Positions 1 through 8,790 of a stretch of 64,000 nt of DNA are shown here, piece after piece. Every line of letters starts with the position of its first letter. The first letter of the stretch is position 1. Position numbers and translations under genes: made by a program. Below the pieces are notes generated by a model. The model did not search any database and was not told the origin of the DNA. It worked only from the letters and a program-made list of their open reading frames with translations. The stretch is from positions 960,001-1,024,000 of the forward strand of contig OZ219856.1 of assembly GCA_964291395.2 (NCBI GenBank), given 5' to 3'. This DNA comes from Alphaproteobacteria bacterium. GTDB lineage: Bacteria; Pseudomonadota; Alphaproteobacteria; UBA2966.

Positions 1-86
1 AGCGGCGCTACGGCTTTCGCCGGAAATTCGGCACTCGAAGCGGTTATTGCGGCGGACAACGCGGTTGCTTTGGCAGTGCGTGGCAT
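1..86 (-). CDS. 5' end of a hypothetical protein running off the window (MPRTAKATALSAAITASSAEFPAKAVAP...)
   Basis: ATG at 86-84 on the minus strand preceded by AGGGAAAC; open to the window edge; Ala-rich N-terminus. Confidence 0.3.
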   Translation of the reverse strand, partial: MPRTAKATALSAAITASSAEFPAKAVAP

Positions 87-256
87 AACGTTTCCCTGTA
101 GACAACTTCCGATCGGCACGGTCCTCGAGTGGATCGGAAACGGACAGCAGGCGACGCATGCCGACACCCCGCAGTGTGGAATGTCGGTCTCCGAAAGGGC
201 AGCCGTTGCGCCCCGGATCGACAACCCGCCGAGAGATGACAGCCGGTGCGTCATTG

Positions 257-332
257 ATTGGGTCTCGCCGGTTGGCTCGCCGCATCGTCCGAGCCACGTG
301 CAAGACCAGACCCAATATAGGTCCCGATGCGG
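257..332 (-). ncRNA. candidate structured leader RNA (nested hairpin with possible pseudoknot)
   Basis: Pairings 261-268/300-307 and 273-279/290-296; loop CCGCATCG (280-287) is complementary to CGATGCGG (325-332); alternative pairing 257-265/308-316. Confidence 0.3.
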
Positions 333-442
333 AAAAGAAAATGTCGTGCCGGCATACCTCCATACGAGCGCGGCATGTCGCCGGACCGGCCCTTCGCCCC
401 GTTCCGCTCCTTCGTTCCGGAGAAACGGCCGGGCATGTGCCG

Positions 443-493
443 ACAGGAAAACGGACCGTGGTGAGACGGAAATCACCTTGCGGTCAGGGCCGG
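443..493. repeat. 51-bp direct repeat, copy 1 (hairpin-forming)
   Basis: ACAGGAAAACGGACCGTGGTGAGACGGAAATCACCTTGCGGTCAGGGCCGG, identical to 1480-1530. Confidence 0.95.
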
Positions 494-699
494 TCGCCTG
501 ATCGATTCGGTCCTATCATCCGAGGATCGACCGCTGCTCGGGATCAAGTACAGCTGCTTCGACGACGTAGACCGCCGCGAAAGTACATAGGGCCCGGTTG
601 CCCGAGCCCTATGTCGGCCAGCTTGGCCGACCCCGGAGCGCAATGCTCTGATAATCGGAACATGGCGCTGTCGCCCGGACGGGTCAAGAACGTCGGCTG

Positions 700-747
700 T
701 GCAACCTGTGCGTTGCATCGTTTGCCTCGGTGTGTATATAGTTGCGC
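700..747 (+). promoter_or_regulatory. putative hicAB promoter/operator, possibly leaderless
   Basis: TTGCAT (713-718), 18-bp spacer, TATAGT (737-742), then ATG 5 nt later with no SD; inverted repeat TGCAAC-N6-GTTGCA (700-717) overlaps the -35. Confidence 0.5.
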
Positions 748-930
748 ATGTTGCGCAGTAGCCGGGACATCGTCAAGCGTCTCAAGGCCGAAGGGTTCGA
801 ACTGGTGAGCGTGAAGGGATCGCACCATAAATACAGAAAGGGCACGATCACCGTGGTCGTGCCGCATCCGAAGAAGGACTTGCCCGTGGGCACCGCCCGG
901 AGCATCGCCAGGCGGGTGGGCTGGAACTGA
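748..930 (+). CDS. hicA: HicA family mRNA interferase toxin
   Basis: 60 aa with GFELVSVKGSHHKY..VVVPHPKKDLPVGTARSI signature (GSH catalytic His). Confidence 0.93.
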   Translation: MLRSSRDIVKRLKAEGFELVSVKGSHHKYRKGTITVVVPHPKKDLPVGTARSIARRVGWN

Positions 931-940
931 GGAGACAGTC

Positions 941-1330
941 GTGCACTACGTCGCCGTCATAGACAAGGACCCTGGAAGCGCCTACGGGGTCCGGTTTCCG
1001 GAGGTGCCGGGATGCTATTCGGCCGCCGACAGCTTCGATGACATCGTTCCCAACGCGATCGAGGCGTTGAGCCTGTTCTTCGAGGACGGTGAGCCTGTGC
1101 CACCGCGCGGCATCGAAGCGGTGCGTGAGCAAGTTGCCGGGAGCATCGCGGAGGGCGCGGTGCTGATGATGATTCCCTATGTGCGGGACCGGAAGCGGGT
1201 CGTGCGGGTGAACTTGAGCCTGGAGAAGGGGTTCCTCGATACCCTCGACGAGGCGGCGCGCATGCGTGGCATGACGCGCTCCGCGTTCGTTCAGAAAGCA
1301 GCCACGCGAGAGATACTCGACCCAGCCTGA
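941..1330 (+). CDS. hicB: HicB family antitoxin with C-terminal RHH domain
   Basis: YGVRFPEVPGCYSAADS..NAIEAL N-domain; RVNLSL..LDEAA..GMTRSAF RHH; SD GAGGAG; directly after hicA. Confidence 0.93.
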   Translation: MHYVAVIDKDPGSAYGVRFPEVPGCYSAADSFDDIVPNAIEALSLFFEDGEPVPPRGIEAVREQVAGSIAEGAVLMMIPYVRDRKRVVRVNLSLEKGFLDTLDEAARMRGMTRSAFVQKAATREILDPA

Positions 1331-1479
1331 AACGGGCAAAGTCGTCGGCTTCGGGGTAAATCTCGACGCGCCGCGCCGCGAGGCCGCCAACGACAGCGAT
1401 CACGCTCTGATGCTCGGGGGCGCCCGTGCTCGGCTTTCCCGCTTCCCGGCCCGGCAGCCGCGCCGGGAAGCTTCCGCCA

Positions 1480-1530
1480 ACAGGAAAACGGACCGTGGTG
1501 AGACGGAAATCACCTTGCGGTCAGGGCCGG
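1480..1530. repeat. 51-bp direct repeat, copy 2
   Basis: Identical to 443-493. Confidence 0.95.
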
Positions 1531-1750
1531 CGCCGGCGGTGGCCAGGCCGCTCCGGGCAGGAAAGTCGGCCCCGGGCAACGCCTTTGCCGGGCGGGGGTC
1601 GAACCCGCTGGGCAGCGTCGGAAGGTTTCAGGCCGCCCCGTCCTCCGTCCCGGGACTTCGCCCGGCGCCAGGTCGAAGTGGAACGCCGGTTGACACTCGT
1701 GACATTACCGGGTCACTTCCTTGCCGGCGCTGAAAGTGAAATTCGAAGAT

Positions 1751-2776
1751 ATGTCCGTAAACGTTCTCACGAGAGCCGAACCGATCGACGCCCGTGAAGT
1801 TCCCGTAGTCGATATCGCTCCGCTGCGGGATGGCACCGACGCCGCCCGGGTCGGGGCCGAACTCCACCGGGCCGCGAGCGAGGTCGGCTTCCTCTACATC
1901 CGCAATCACGGGGTGGACGCGGCGGTGGTCGAGCGGGCGCGGCGGGCCGCGCTCGCGTTCTTTCGGCTGCCGGAGGAAGCCAAGCGGGAAGCCGGCACGA
2001 ATCAATACCACCACGGGTATCTCAAGCCGGGGTCGACGAAGATGTACGACGACGCCAGGCACGATCTCAAGGAGAGCTTCAACTGGGGCATCGAACCCTT
2101 CGGCGAATCAGGCGGTGATCACAACTCCATGACCGCGCCGACGAACGCTCTCGTTGGGCCGAACGTGTGGCCGGCGGCGATGCCGGAGCTCAGGACCAGC
2201 GTCTATCCGTACTTCGAGGCGGCCAGCGCGTGCGCGGAAGATCTCCTGCGGGGCTTCGCGCTTGGCGCCGGCCTTGACGCCGAGCATTTCATCCGACTCC
2301 GCGACCGGCCGGTGAGCCGAGGGTCGCTCCAATACTATCCTCCGCAACCGGAGGGGGCCGAGGAGGACCAGTTCGGCGTCGCCCCGCACACCGATTTCGG
2401 CCTGCTCACCGTGCTCTGCCAGGACGAGATCGGTGGGCTCGAAATCCGGCTGCCCGACGGCCGGTGGGCCGCCATGCCACCGGTCCCGGACACCTGCGTC
2501 GTCAACATCGGAGACCTGCTGGAACGCTGGTCGAACCGCCGGTACCGTTCCACCGTGCACCGGGTGATCAACAGGAGCGGTCGCGACCGCCTCTCCCTCG
2601 TGGTCGCCTACGATCCGAACTTCGAGACCCTCGTCGACCCGCGGGCGTTCTGCGCGGAGGAAGAGGTGCCGTGCGACGAGCCCATCACCTGCGGCGACTA
2701 CCTGCTGTGGCGATTCGGGAAGGCATTTTCCTATCGCCGGCGAGGCGAGGAGGGCTCCCGGGCGCCCGCCGACTGA
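1751..2776 (+). CDS. 2-oxoglutarate/Fe(II) dioxygenase, isopenicillin N synthase-like (DIOX_N + 2OG-FeII_Oxy)
   Basis: VPVVDI, GFLYIRNHG, HTD..STVHRV..R.S facial triad and 2OG-binding motifs. Confidence 0.9.
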   Translation: MSVNVLTRAEPIDAREVPVVDIAPLRDGTDAARVGAELHRAASEVGFLYIRNHGVDAAVVERARRAALAFFRLPEEAKREAGTNQYHHGYLKPGSTKMYDDARHDLKESFNWGIEPFGESGGDHNSMTAPTNALVGPNVWPAAMPELRTSVYPYFEAASACAEDLLRGFALGAGLDAEHFIRLRDRPVSRGSLQYYPPQPEGAEEDQFGVAPHTDFGLLTVLCQDEIGGLEIRLPDGRWAAMPPVPDTCVVNIGDLLERWSNRRYRSTVHRVINRSGRDRLSLVVAYDPNFETLVDPRAFCAEEEVPCDEPITCGDYLLWRFGKAFSYRRRGEEGSRAPAD

Positions 2777-2837
2777 GCGACGGACCTCCTGCGCTTCGCG
2801 AAGGCATGCCGACGATTCGCTCCGGGGCGGCCCGCAA

Positions 2838-3455
2838 TCAGTCGCCGCCGGGCCCGTGCCGGCGGCTCTCGGCTTCTTCCGGCGTGACGTAGAACCCCAC
2901 CACGTCACCCTCCAGCGTCACGCCCAGCCCGTTGAGCAGCCGGTTCACATAGTTGAAATAGCCGCAGATCTGGTTGACCTCGAGGATGCGGCCGTCGTCG
3001 ACTCCCTCCGCGCGCATGGCCGCCACGTCGGTCTCGGCCATCGCGCCCGGCTCGCGGGTCAGCTTGCCGGCGTAGCGCAGCATGGCGAGCTCACCCGCCT
3101 CGAACGCATCCTCGGGACGGCCTGCTTTCAGGGCCGCCAGGATCGCGTCGGCCCGGTCATCGTCGCCGAGGAGATGGCGCGCATTGGCGAAGTGGTTGGC
3201 GAGGCTGTAGTCGCACCGGTTGAGGATGCTCACCCAGGACGCGACCACCTCCTGAAACCACATGGGGAGCTGGTTGGCATCGTGATGCAACACGCTCATG
3301 TAGAGGGCCTGGTGGCCCATCATCGTGTGCGGTCTGAGCGAGTGAACGCGCATGACGTTCCCCACGTCGCCCGACGGCCCTCGAACGGCGTCGAGGCAGG
3401 CTGCCAGTTCGGGAGAGGAAACCTCGTCACGGCTTGCCGCAATCCAAGCTATCAT
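2838..3455 (-). CDS. peroxidase-related enzyme, AhpD/carboxymuconolactone decarboxylase family
   Basis: VSILNRCDYS, YAGKLT..P, GYFNYVNRLLNGLG motifs; SD GGAGGG. Confidence 0.85.
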   Translation of the reverse strand: MIAWIAASRDEVSSPELAACLDAVRGPSGDVGNVMRVHSLRPHTMMGHQALYMSVLHHDANQLPMWFQEVVASWVSILNRCDYSLANHFANARHLLGDDDRADAILAALKAGRPEDAFEAGELAMLRYAGKLTREPGAMAETDVAAMRAEGVDDGRILEVNQICGYFNYVNRLLNGLGVTLEGDVVGFYVTPEEAESRRHGPGGD

Positions 3456-3627
3456 GTGCCGCCCTCCCAAGCGTTGTCGGCGAAGTCTTCAAGGTACACG
3501 GAACCGGGTCGTCCGTCAGGGTATCGTCTCACGACAGCCTGTCGACTCCTATTGCGAGGAAGCGCCTGCCCAAGCGCTCAAGTCCATGCGGCATTTGAGC
3601 ACCTCTCGTGGCGTCTGTTTTCCTGTT

Positions 3628-4042
3628 GTTGTCGGAAAGGTGGCGTCGGGCTCGGGGTGCGGCCAGGTGCATGATCGGGTGTCGATCCGGCAACCCGGGG
3701 CCCGGAAGAGTCCTTTACCCGCTACCTCACGATGACAAGCTCCTCCCCGGGTACCGGCGTGTTGTTCGCCGCGCCTCTGGCAATGACGGCCTCGCGTCCG
3801 CCATGCTGTTCGATAAGCCGTGCCTGATCGGAGAGCGCCCTTTCGTTGATCTCTTCCGGATCGATCATCTTCAGGAGGTCTTCCTTCAAGCCGTTCAACG
3901 TTCCGGAATGGCTTGGATCGGCCGCGACGTTGTGCAGTTCTTCGGGATCGGCCTCCATGTCGTAGAGTTCCGAATCGTACCCGCCGGCATAGTGCAAGTA
4001 CTTGTAGCGATCGGTACGAAGCATGTAGACGCCGGAAATCGC
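3628..4042. repeat. 415-bp duplicate of the sulfatase 3' end plus downstream DNA (copy 1; partner 8791-9205)
   Basis: Colinear with 8791-9205 at offset 5163, with a few substitutions. Confidence 0.95.
3722..4042 (-). pseudogene. sulfatase C-terminal fragment (about 106 codons)
   Basis: AISGVYMLRTDRYKY...ELVIVR matches the C-terminus of 8885-10348; its 5' part is replaced by an IS end. Confidence 0.9.
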
Positions 4043-4049
4043 CCTGGTC

Positions 4050-4127
4050 CGCCGGCTCGACCCAGCTTGGCCGAGAAACCGGCAATGCACTAACATTCAA
4101 AGTGGACCACTCAGTGGGGGCCGGTCA
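4050..4127 (+). mobile_element. isolated right end (IRR) of the IS3-family element
   Basis: CCCAGCTTGGCCGAGAAACC...CAGTGGGGGCCGGTCA matches the last ~67 bp of the IS at 5918-7181. Confidence 0.9.
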
Positions 4128-4187
4128 ATCACGACTACCCATCACGACCAGATACCCGCTTTGGGCTTCCTATACTCGCTACACCGT

Positions 4188-4967
4188 CTACCATTGTCGC
4201 TTAGGGGCCTTGGCGCGCCCGGCTCTCCAGGCACTAATCTGCGCATAGCCCATGACGCTGATCATGGGAAACAAGCTTGCCAGCGCAATCAAACCGAAGC
4301 CATCGAGCAGCGGACTACGCCCAGGTACAGTAGTGGCCAGTCCCAGCCCCAGCGCCGCGACTAACGGCACGGTGACGGTCGAAGTGGTCACGCCTCCGGA
4401 GTCGTAGGCCAGAGGAATGATCATCCGTGGCGCGAAGAAGGCCGTCTGCAAGATCACGATGATGTACCCCGCGATCATGTACATGTAGAGCGGCGTACCC
4501 GTCACGATGCGAAACACACCAACGGCGATGCTCGCAGACACGCCGATGGCTACCGCCACCCGGAGCCCCCAGGCGCTTACCGTACCGCCAGAGGCTTGAT
4601 TGGCCTTCATCGCGACCGCCAGCAAAGCTGGCTCGGCAATGGTCGTAGAGAAGCCGATGGCGGCGGCGAATATGTACACCCAGTAGTAGTCCCACCACTG
4701 CAAGGGGCCCTCGTCCAAGCCGACGAAGCTAGGCGCCGTGAGCTGCTGCGCCATGACCCGGCCGAGCGGAAACAGAGCACGCTCGAGCCCCACCAGGAAT
4801 AGAGCCAAGCCCAAGATGACGCAGGCAAAGCCCACCAGGGTGCGCCGCAAGTTAGGGATCGGTTGACGCAATATGATGGTTTGGAAGACCACCAGAATTA
4901 TCATCACCGGCAGCACGTCGAACACCGTGGTCTGCAGGCTCTCTAGGCACGCTTCCAGCCACCCCAT
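4188..4967 (-). CDS. DUF1538 family membrane protein
   Basis: [41 protein letters not shown] motifs. Confidence 0.88.
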   Translation of the reverse strand: MGWLEACLESLQTTVFDVLPVMIILVVFQTIILRQPIPNLRRTLVGFACVILGLALFLVGLERALFPLGRVMAQQLTAPSFVGLDEGPLQWWDYYWVYIFAAAIGFSTTIAEPALLAVAMKANQASGGTVSAWGLRVAVAIGVSASIAVGVFRIVTGTPLYMYMIAGYIIVILQTAFFAPRMIIPLAYDSGGVTTSTVTVPLVAALGLGLATTVPGRSPLLDGFGLIALASLFPMISVMGYAQISAWRAGRAKAPKRQW

Positions 4968-4970
4968 CGC

Positions 4971-5697
4971 TCAAACCACCATGCCGAAGATGAGCAAGAA
5001 AATCATCGGCGAAATACTTGCAAAGGCGATGAGCCCGAAGCCATCGATCATGGGATTACGGCCGGGCGTGGCCATCGCAAGGCCCACGCCCAGTGCGGTT
5101 ACCAGAGGCACCGTGACCGTTGACGTGGTGACGCCACCGGAGTCATAGGCAATGCCGACTATCCACTTCGGCGCAAAGGCCGTCAGCACGACGACCACCA
5201 CATAGCCGGTAATGATGATGGCGGGCAGCGACCAGCCTCGCAGGATTCGCAACACACCGACGGAAATAGCGGTGCCCACAGACGCCGCCACCGTATACCG
5301 AAGAGCGACCGCATAACGGCTACGGACACTCTCCTCGTCGACGATGACGCCTTCGGCAGCCATGATTCTGGACGCCTCCTCGGTCACGGCGATCAGCGCC
5401 GGCTCGGCCACCGTGGTGCCAAAACCTAGGGCGAAGGCAAAAAGGAGCAACAAGGCCACGTTGCCTTTGCGCGCGAAGGCGCCGGCCAGCGCCTCGCCAA
5501 TGGGGAAGAGCGCCATTTCGAGACCGCGCACGAATAGCGCTAGGCCTATCAACACGACCGCCAGCCCTACCAGCATCTCGACAAGATTGGGGAAAGGCTG
5601 GCGTAGCACCGCCAGCTGAAAGAACGTTACCACCAAGTACAATGGGCGCGAGATCTCGAGCGGTACTCGCCAAAAGCCGCAGATCGGGACGAGCCAC
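4971..5697 (-). CDS. DUF1538 family membrane protein, with a +1 frameshift near 5634
   Basis: Same motifs as its neighbour; the N-terminal [13 protein letters not shown] is one frame off from [13 protein letters not shown] (extra G in CTTGGTG). Confidence 0.8.
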
Positions 5698-5974
5698 ACT
5701 GAGTAGCCAATCGGTCAGCGCGCGAGGTGACTCGCCTCGCGAGTAGCCATTCAAAGTTAAAATGACAGCAAATCCGTGACAGCCGAGCGAACCAGCTGAG
5801 ACGCCCCTTAGGAAAAGATGCAAAAGTGTACCTAAATGGCAGCCCAATGCAATGGGGGATTTTTGATATAACTATCTGATTCTAAATATAAATTCTATGT
5901 CAAGGTCTTTGTAGGGATGATCTTCCCCCATCGAACTGGTCCACCCTTAGGTTATGGAATGAGGAGGGTCGACG

Positions 5975-6253
5975 ATGGCAAGGAAGCGTTACAAGCCGGA
6001 GGAGATCGTGAGCCTGCTGCGACGGGCTGAGGTGCTGCACGGGCAGGGCATGTCGATGGCGGACGCGATCCGTCAGCTCGGGATCAGCGAGGTTACGTTT
6101 TATCGATGGCGAAAGGAGTATGCCGGGATGAGCGGCGATCAGCTTCGCCGCCTGAAGGAGCTTGAGAAGGAGAACGAGCGGCTGCGCCGTGCGGTCTCGG
6201 ACCTGACGCTGGACAAGCAGATACTCAAGGAAGCCGCCCGGGGAAATTTCTGA
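5975..6253 (+). CDS. IS3-family transposase OrfA (HTH)
   Basis: RYKPEEIV..GISEVTFYRWRK..LKELEKENERLRRAVSDL; ends in slippery G-GGA-AAT (6241-6247) for -1 frameshifting. Confidence 0.92.
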   Translation: MARKRYKPEEIVSLLRRAEVLHGQGMSMADAIRQLGISEVTFYRWRKEYAGMSGDQLRRLKELEKENERLRRAVSDLTLDKQILKEAARGNF

Positions 6254-7147
6254 GCCCCTCGCGCCGCCGCCAGTGCATCGACCATGTCCGTGACCGGCTC
6301 GGGATCTCGGAAAGGCGGGCCTGCAGGGTGCTGGGGCAGCATCGCTCGACCCAGCGCCGGACCCCCTGCGGCCGTGAGGACGAGGACCGTCTGGTCGCGG
6401 ACATGATCGAGCTGGCTCGCCAGTACGGTCGTTACGGCTACCGCCGGATCGCGGCCCTGCTGCGCGACGCCGGCTGGCAGGTCAACGACAAGCGGGTCGA
6501 GCGCCTGTGGCGGCGCGAGGGGCTGAAAGTGCCAACCAAACAACCGAAGCGGGGCCGTCTGTGGCTGAACGACGGCTCCTGTGTCCGGCTGCGTGCCGAG
6601 CGGGCGGACCATGTCTGGTCCTATGACTTCGTGCATCACCGGACCCATGACGGCCGGGCCTTCCGTACGCTCAACGTCCTGGACGAGTTCACGCGCGAAA
6701 GCCTGGCGATCCGGGTTCGCAGGAAGCTCTCCTCGACCGACGTCATCGATGTGCTGACCGACCTGTTCATCCTGCGTGGTATCCCGGCCTGGATCCGCTC
6801 CGACAACGGCCCGGAGTTCGTCGCCGAGGCCGTGCGGCAATGGATCGCCGCAGTCGGCGCCCGCACCGCCTTCATCGAGCCGGGCTCGCCCTGGGAGAAC
6901 GGCTACATCGAGAGCTTCAATGCCAGGCTGCGCGACGAGCTCCTGAACGGAGAGATCTTCTACACCCTCACGGAGGCAAGGATCATGAATCGAATCGTGG
7001 CGGTGCCATTACAACGCGATCCGCCCACATGGCAGCCTGGGATGCCGGCCGCCGGCGCCGGAGACGATTATCTTACCAAGCTGGCCGTCCGGCTCCGCTA
7101 CGCTACGCCGGCCACCCAGCTTGGCCGAGAAACCGGCAATGCACTAA
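6250..7147 (+). CDS. IS3-family transposase OrfB (DDE integrase core), with an extra A near 6988 shifting the C-terminus
   Basis: YGYRRI, WSYDF, IRSDNGPEF, PWENGYIESFN; removing one A restores IESWRCHYNAIRPHGSLG...KPAMH-TAA. Confidence 0.88.
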
Positions 7148-7280
7148 CATTCAAAGTGGACCACTCAGTGGGGGCCGGTCAGCAGGTAATGACCCAACTC
7201 GGACTTTCGCTGTCCCAAAAGCAATGACCAATAGGAACCTCGTCGTCGCACTTCGGTCGGGCACTCGTTGCGTTTGCCTC

Positions 7281-8180
7281 TTAGTGAGCCATTAGAACCG
7301 GTAGCGTCGCTTCCTTGAGGATATGGCTGGTCCCGCCACCAAATATGAACTGGCTCAGCCGGCTGTGTGTGTAGGCACTCTTGATGAGCAGGTCGGCGCC
7401 GACTTTGGGAGCGGTTCTCAAAATGGCCTCGCCGACCGAACGTTTTCCCCGTTCGACTTCCATGTGGCTCGCCTCAATCCCATTGCGTCGCAGATGGTGT
7501 AGCGCCTCGGCACCAGACGGTCCCGCAACTGTGCCCTCCTCCACCGTGATCAGGACGACCTTGTCTGCCGTCTTCAAGAACGGTAATGCAAAAGCTGTTG
7601 TCCGCGCGGCCTCCAGGCTGCAATTCCAGGCAATCAAGATCGTCTTCCCCAATGTCTCTGGCGGGGTCGAGGGAGAAACCAGGATTGGACGACCGCTCTC
7701 AAAGAGTACCGACTGAAGCAGATGTGACTCCGGATAGACATCGATCAAACGATCACCCTTGAAAGGCATGGTGGGAAGCGTATGGGTGTAGTTCTCGACG
7801 ACAGTCATGTCGAATATTCGGGCACGTTCACCAACGGCCTTTACTCCCGCCGCCTCTTGTTCGGCCCATCCGGCCGTTGGCTGACCGGTCACAATTGTCC
7901 CGTCGCTCCACCGAACGTTACGCTCTTCCATGAATGCTCCAAAGACTTCTCGCGCATTCTTGGCGCTTTCGAGTTCTTCATTCCATAACTCTTCGATCAT
8001 AGACGGCGTTAGTTTACCCTCTCCCCTCCCGCGTTGGATCATCTCGGACAGAGGGTGGCTTATGTGAACCCCTTCGATGTATGAGCCAAATTGGCGCGCG
8101 ACGATGAGTGCGGTTTCCAACAGCGTCTGCGCGTTCTCAACTTGTTCGATGGGGACGAGAATCGTTTTCACCGTACTCAC
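7281..8180 (-). CDS. universal stress protein (tandem USP domains)
   Basis: TILVP, ESGRPIL, ILIAWNCSLEAART, DLLIKSAYTHSRL..GGGTSHIL..PVLMAH. Confidence 0.9.
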   Translation of the reverse strand: MSTVKTILVPIEQVENAQTLLETALIVARQFGSYIEGVHISHPLSEMIQRGRGEGKLTPSMIEELWNEELESAKNAREVFGAFMEERNVRWSDGTIVTGQPTAGWAEQEAAGVKAVGERARIFDMTVVENYTHTLPTMPFKGDRLIDVYPESHLLQSVLFESGRPILVSPSTPPETLGKTILIAWNCSLEAARTTAFALPFLKTADKVVLITVEEGTVAGPSGAEALHHLRRNGIEASHMEVERGKRSVGEAILRTAPKVGADLLIKSAYTHSRLSQFIFGGGTSHILKEATLPVLMAH

Positions 8181-8416
8181 ACCTTTCGAATTGGTTGATA
8201 TCGAAATATATGGTGCGCTCGCCCGGCAAAATGTTCAACAGACTGCCTAACCTTCCCGGCAAATTGCCGGGCGGACGCGTTTCTGCGATCCCCAATTTAC
8301 TTTGATGACGATGCCGGCTGGCAGAAATTTCTTAGCGAAGTCAGGTATTTTGTTTGGCAGCGTGCGTGAACGAATAGATGGCGGAGGTCTAGCATGTCTC
8401 CTTCTGGCTATGAACC

Positions 8417-8632
8417 GGCACCGATACCGTCTATTGGGATGGCGAGCTCACCGGCTTCGGGCGTCGGGTGCGCCGGTCCGGGCGGAAGGTCTATGTCGTG
8501 CAGAATCAGGCCAACCGAACCCTCGGGGTGCTCTCCAAGATGTTCTCCATGTCGGAGATATGGGGCTGGCGGCAGGACGGCTCCAACCCATGCCGGCACG
8601 TGAAGCGCTACAAGGAGCACCAGCGCGACTGA
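8417..8632 (+). pseudogene. internally deleted tyrosine recombinase (phage integrase) relic
   Basis: My translation DTVYWDGELTGFG.RVRRSGRKVYVVQ (arm-binding-like) is fused in frame to QANRTLGVLSKMF..WGWRQDGSNPCRHVKRY (core-binding-like); no start codon; ends at the TGA of the IS end. Confidence 0.75.
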
Positions 8633-8706
8633 CCGGCCCCCACTGAGTGGTCCGGTTTGAATGTTAGTGCATTGATGGTTTTTCGGCCAAGCTGGGTGAC
8701 CGGCGG
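8630..8706 (-). mobile_element. isolated, inverted, diverged right end of an IS3-family element
   Basis: TGACCGGCCCCCACTGAGTGGTCCGGTTTGAATGTTAGTGCATT... is the reverse complement of the IS 3' end with several substitutions. Confidence 0.88.
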
Positions 8707-8790
8707 ATGACCGCTGCGGCCCGTGCCATGGACATTCCTCTCTTCGAACTGGAAGGGCATTGAGCCGCACGGTTCCGCCAAGGCCGAGTC

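Larger units (their letters stand above)
5918..7181 (+). mobile_element. IS3-family insertion sequence (1264 bp)
   Basis: IRL TGATCTTCCCCCATCGAACTGGTCCAC and IRR TGACCGGCCCCCACTGAGTGGTCCAC; orfA/orfB layout; no target duplication seen. Confidence 0.93.

Noticed and set aside
70-808. Overlapping ORFs 70-501 and 158-808
   Set aside because: No recognisable motifs or SD; better explained as a non-coding structured region plus the repeat
443-1530. 51-bp repeats as a CRISPR array or integron attC sites
   Set aside because: Only two copies about 1 kb apart, no cas or intI gene, no RYYYAAC/GTTRRRY ends
2838-3455. AhpD-like protein as a selenoprotein
   Set aside because: The motif reads CDYS with no in-frame TGA
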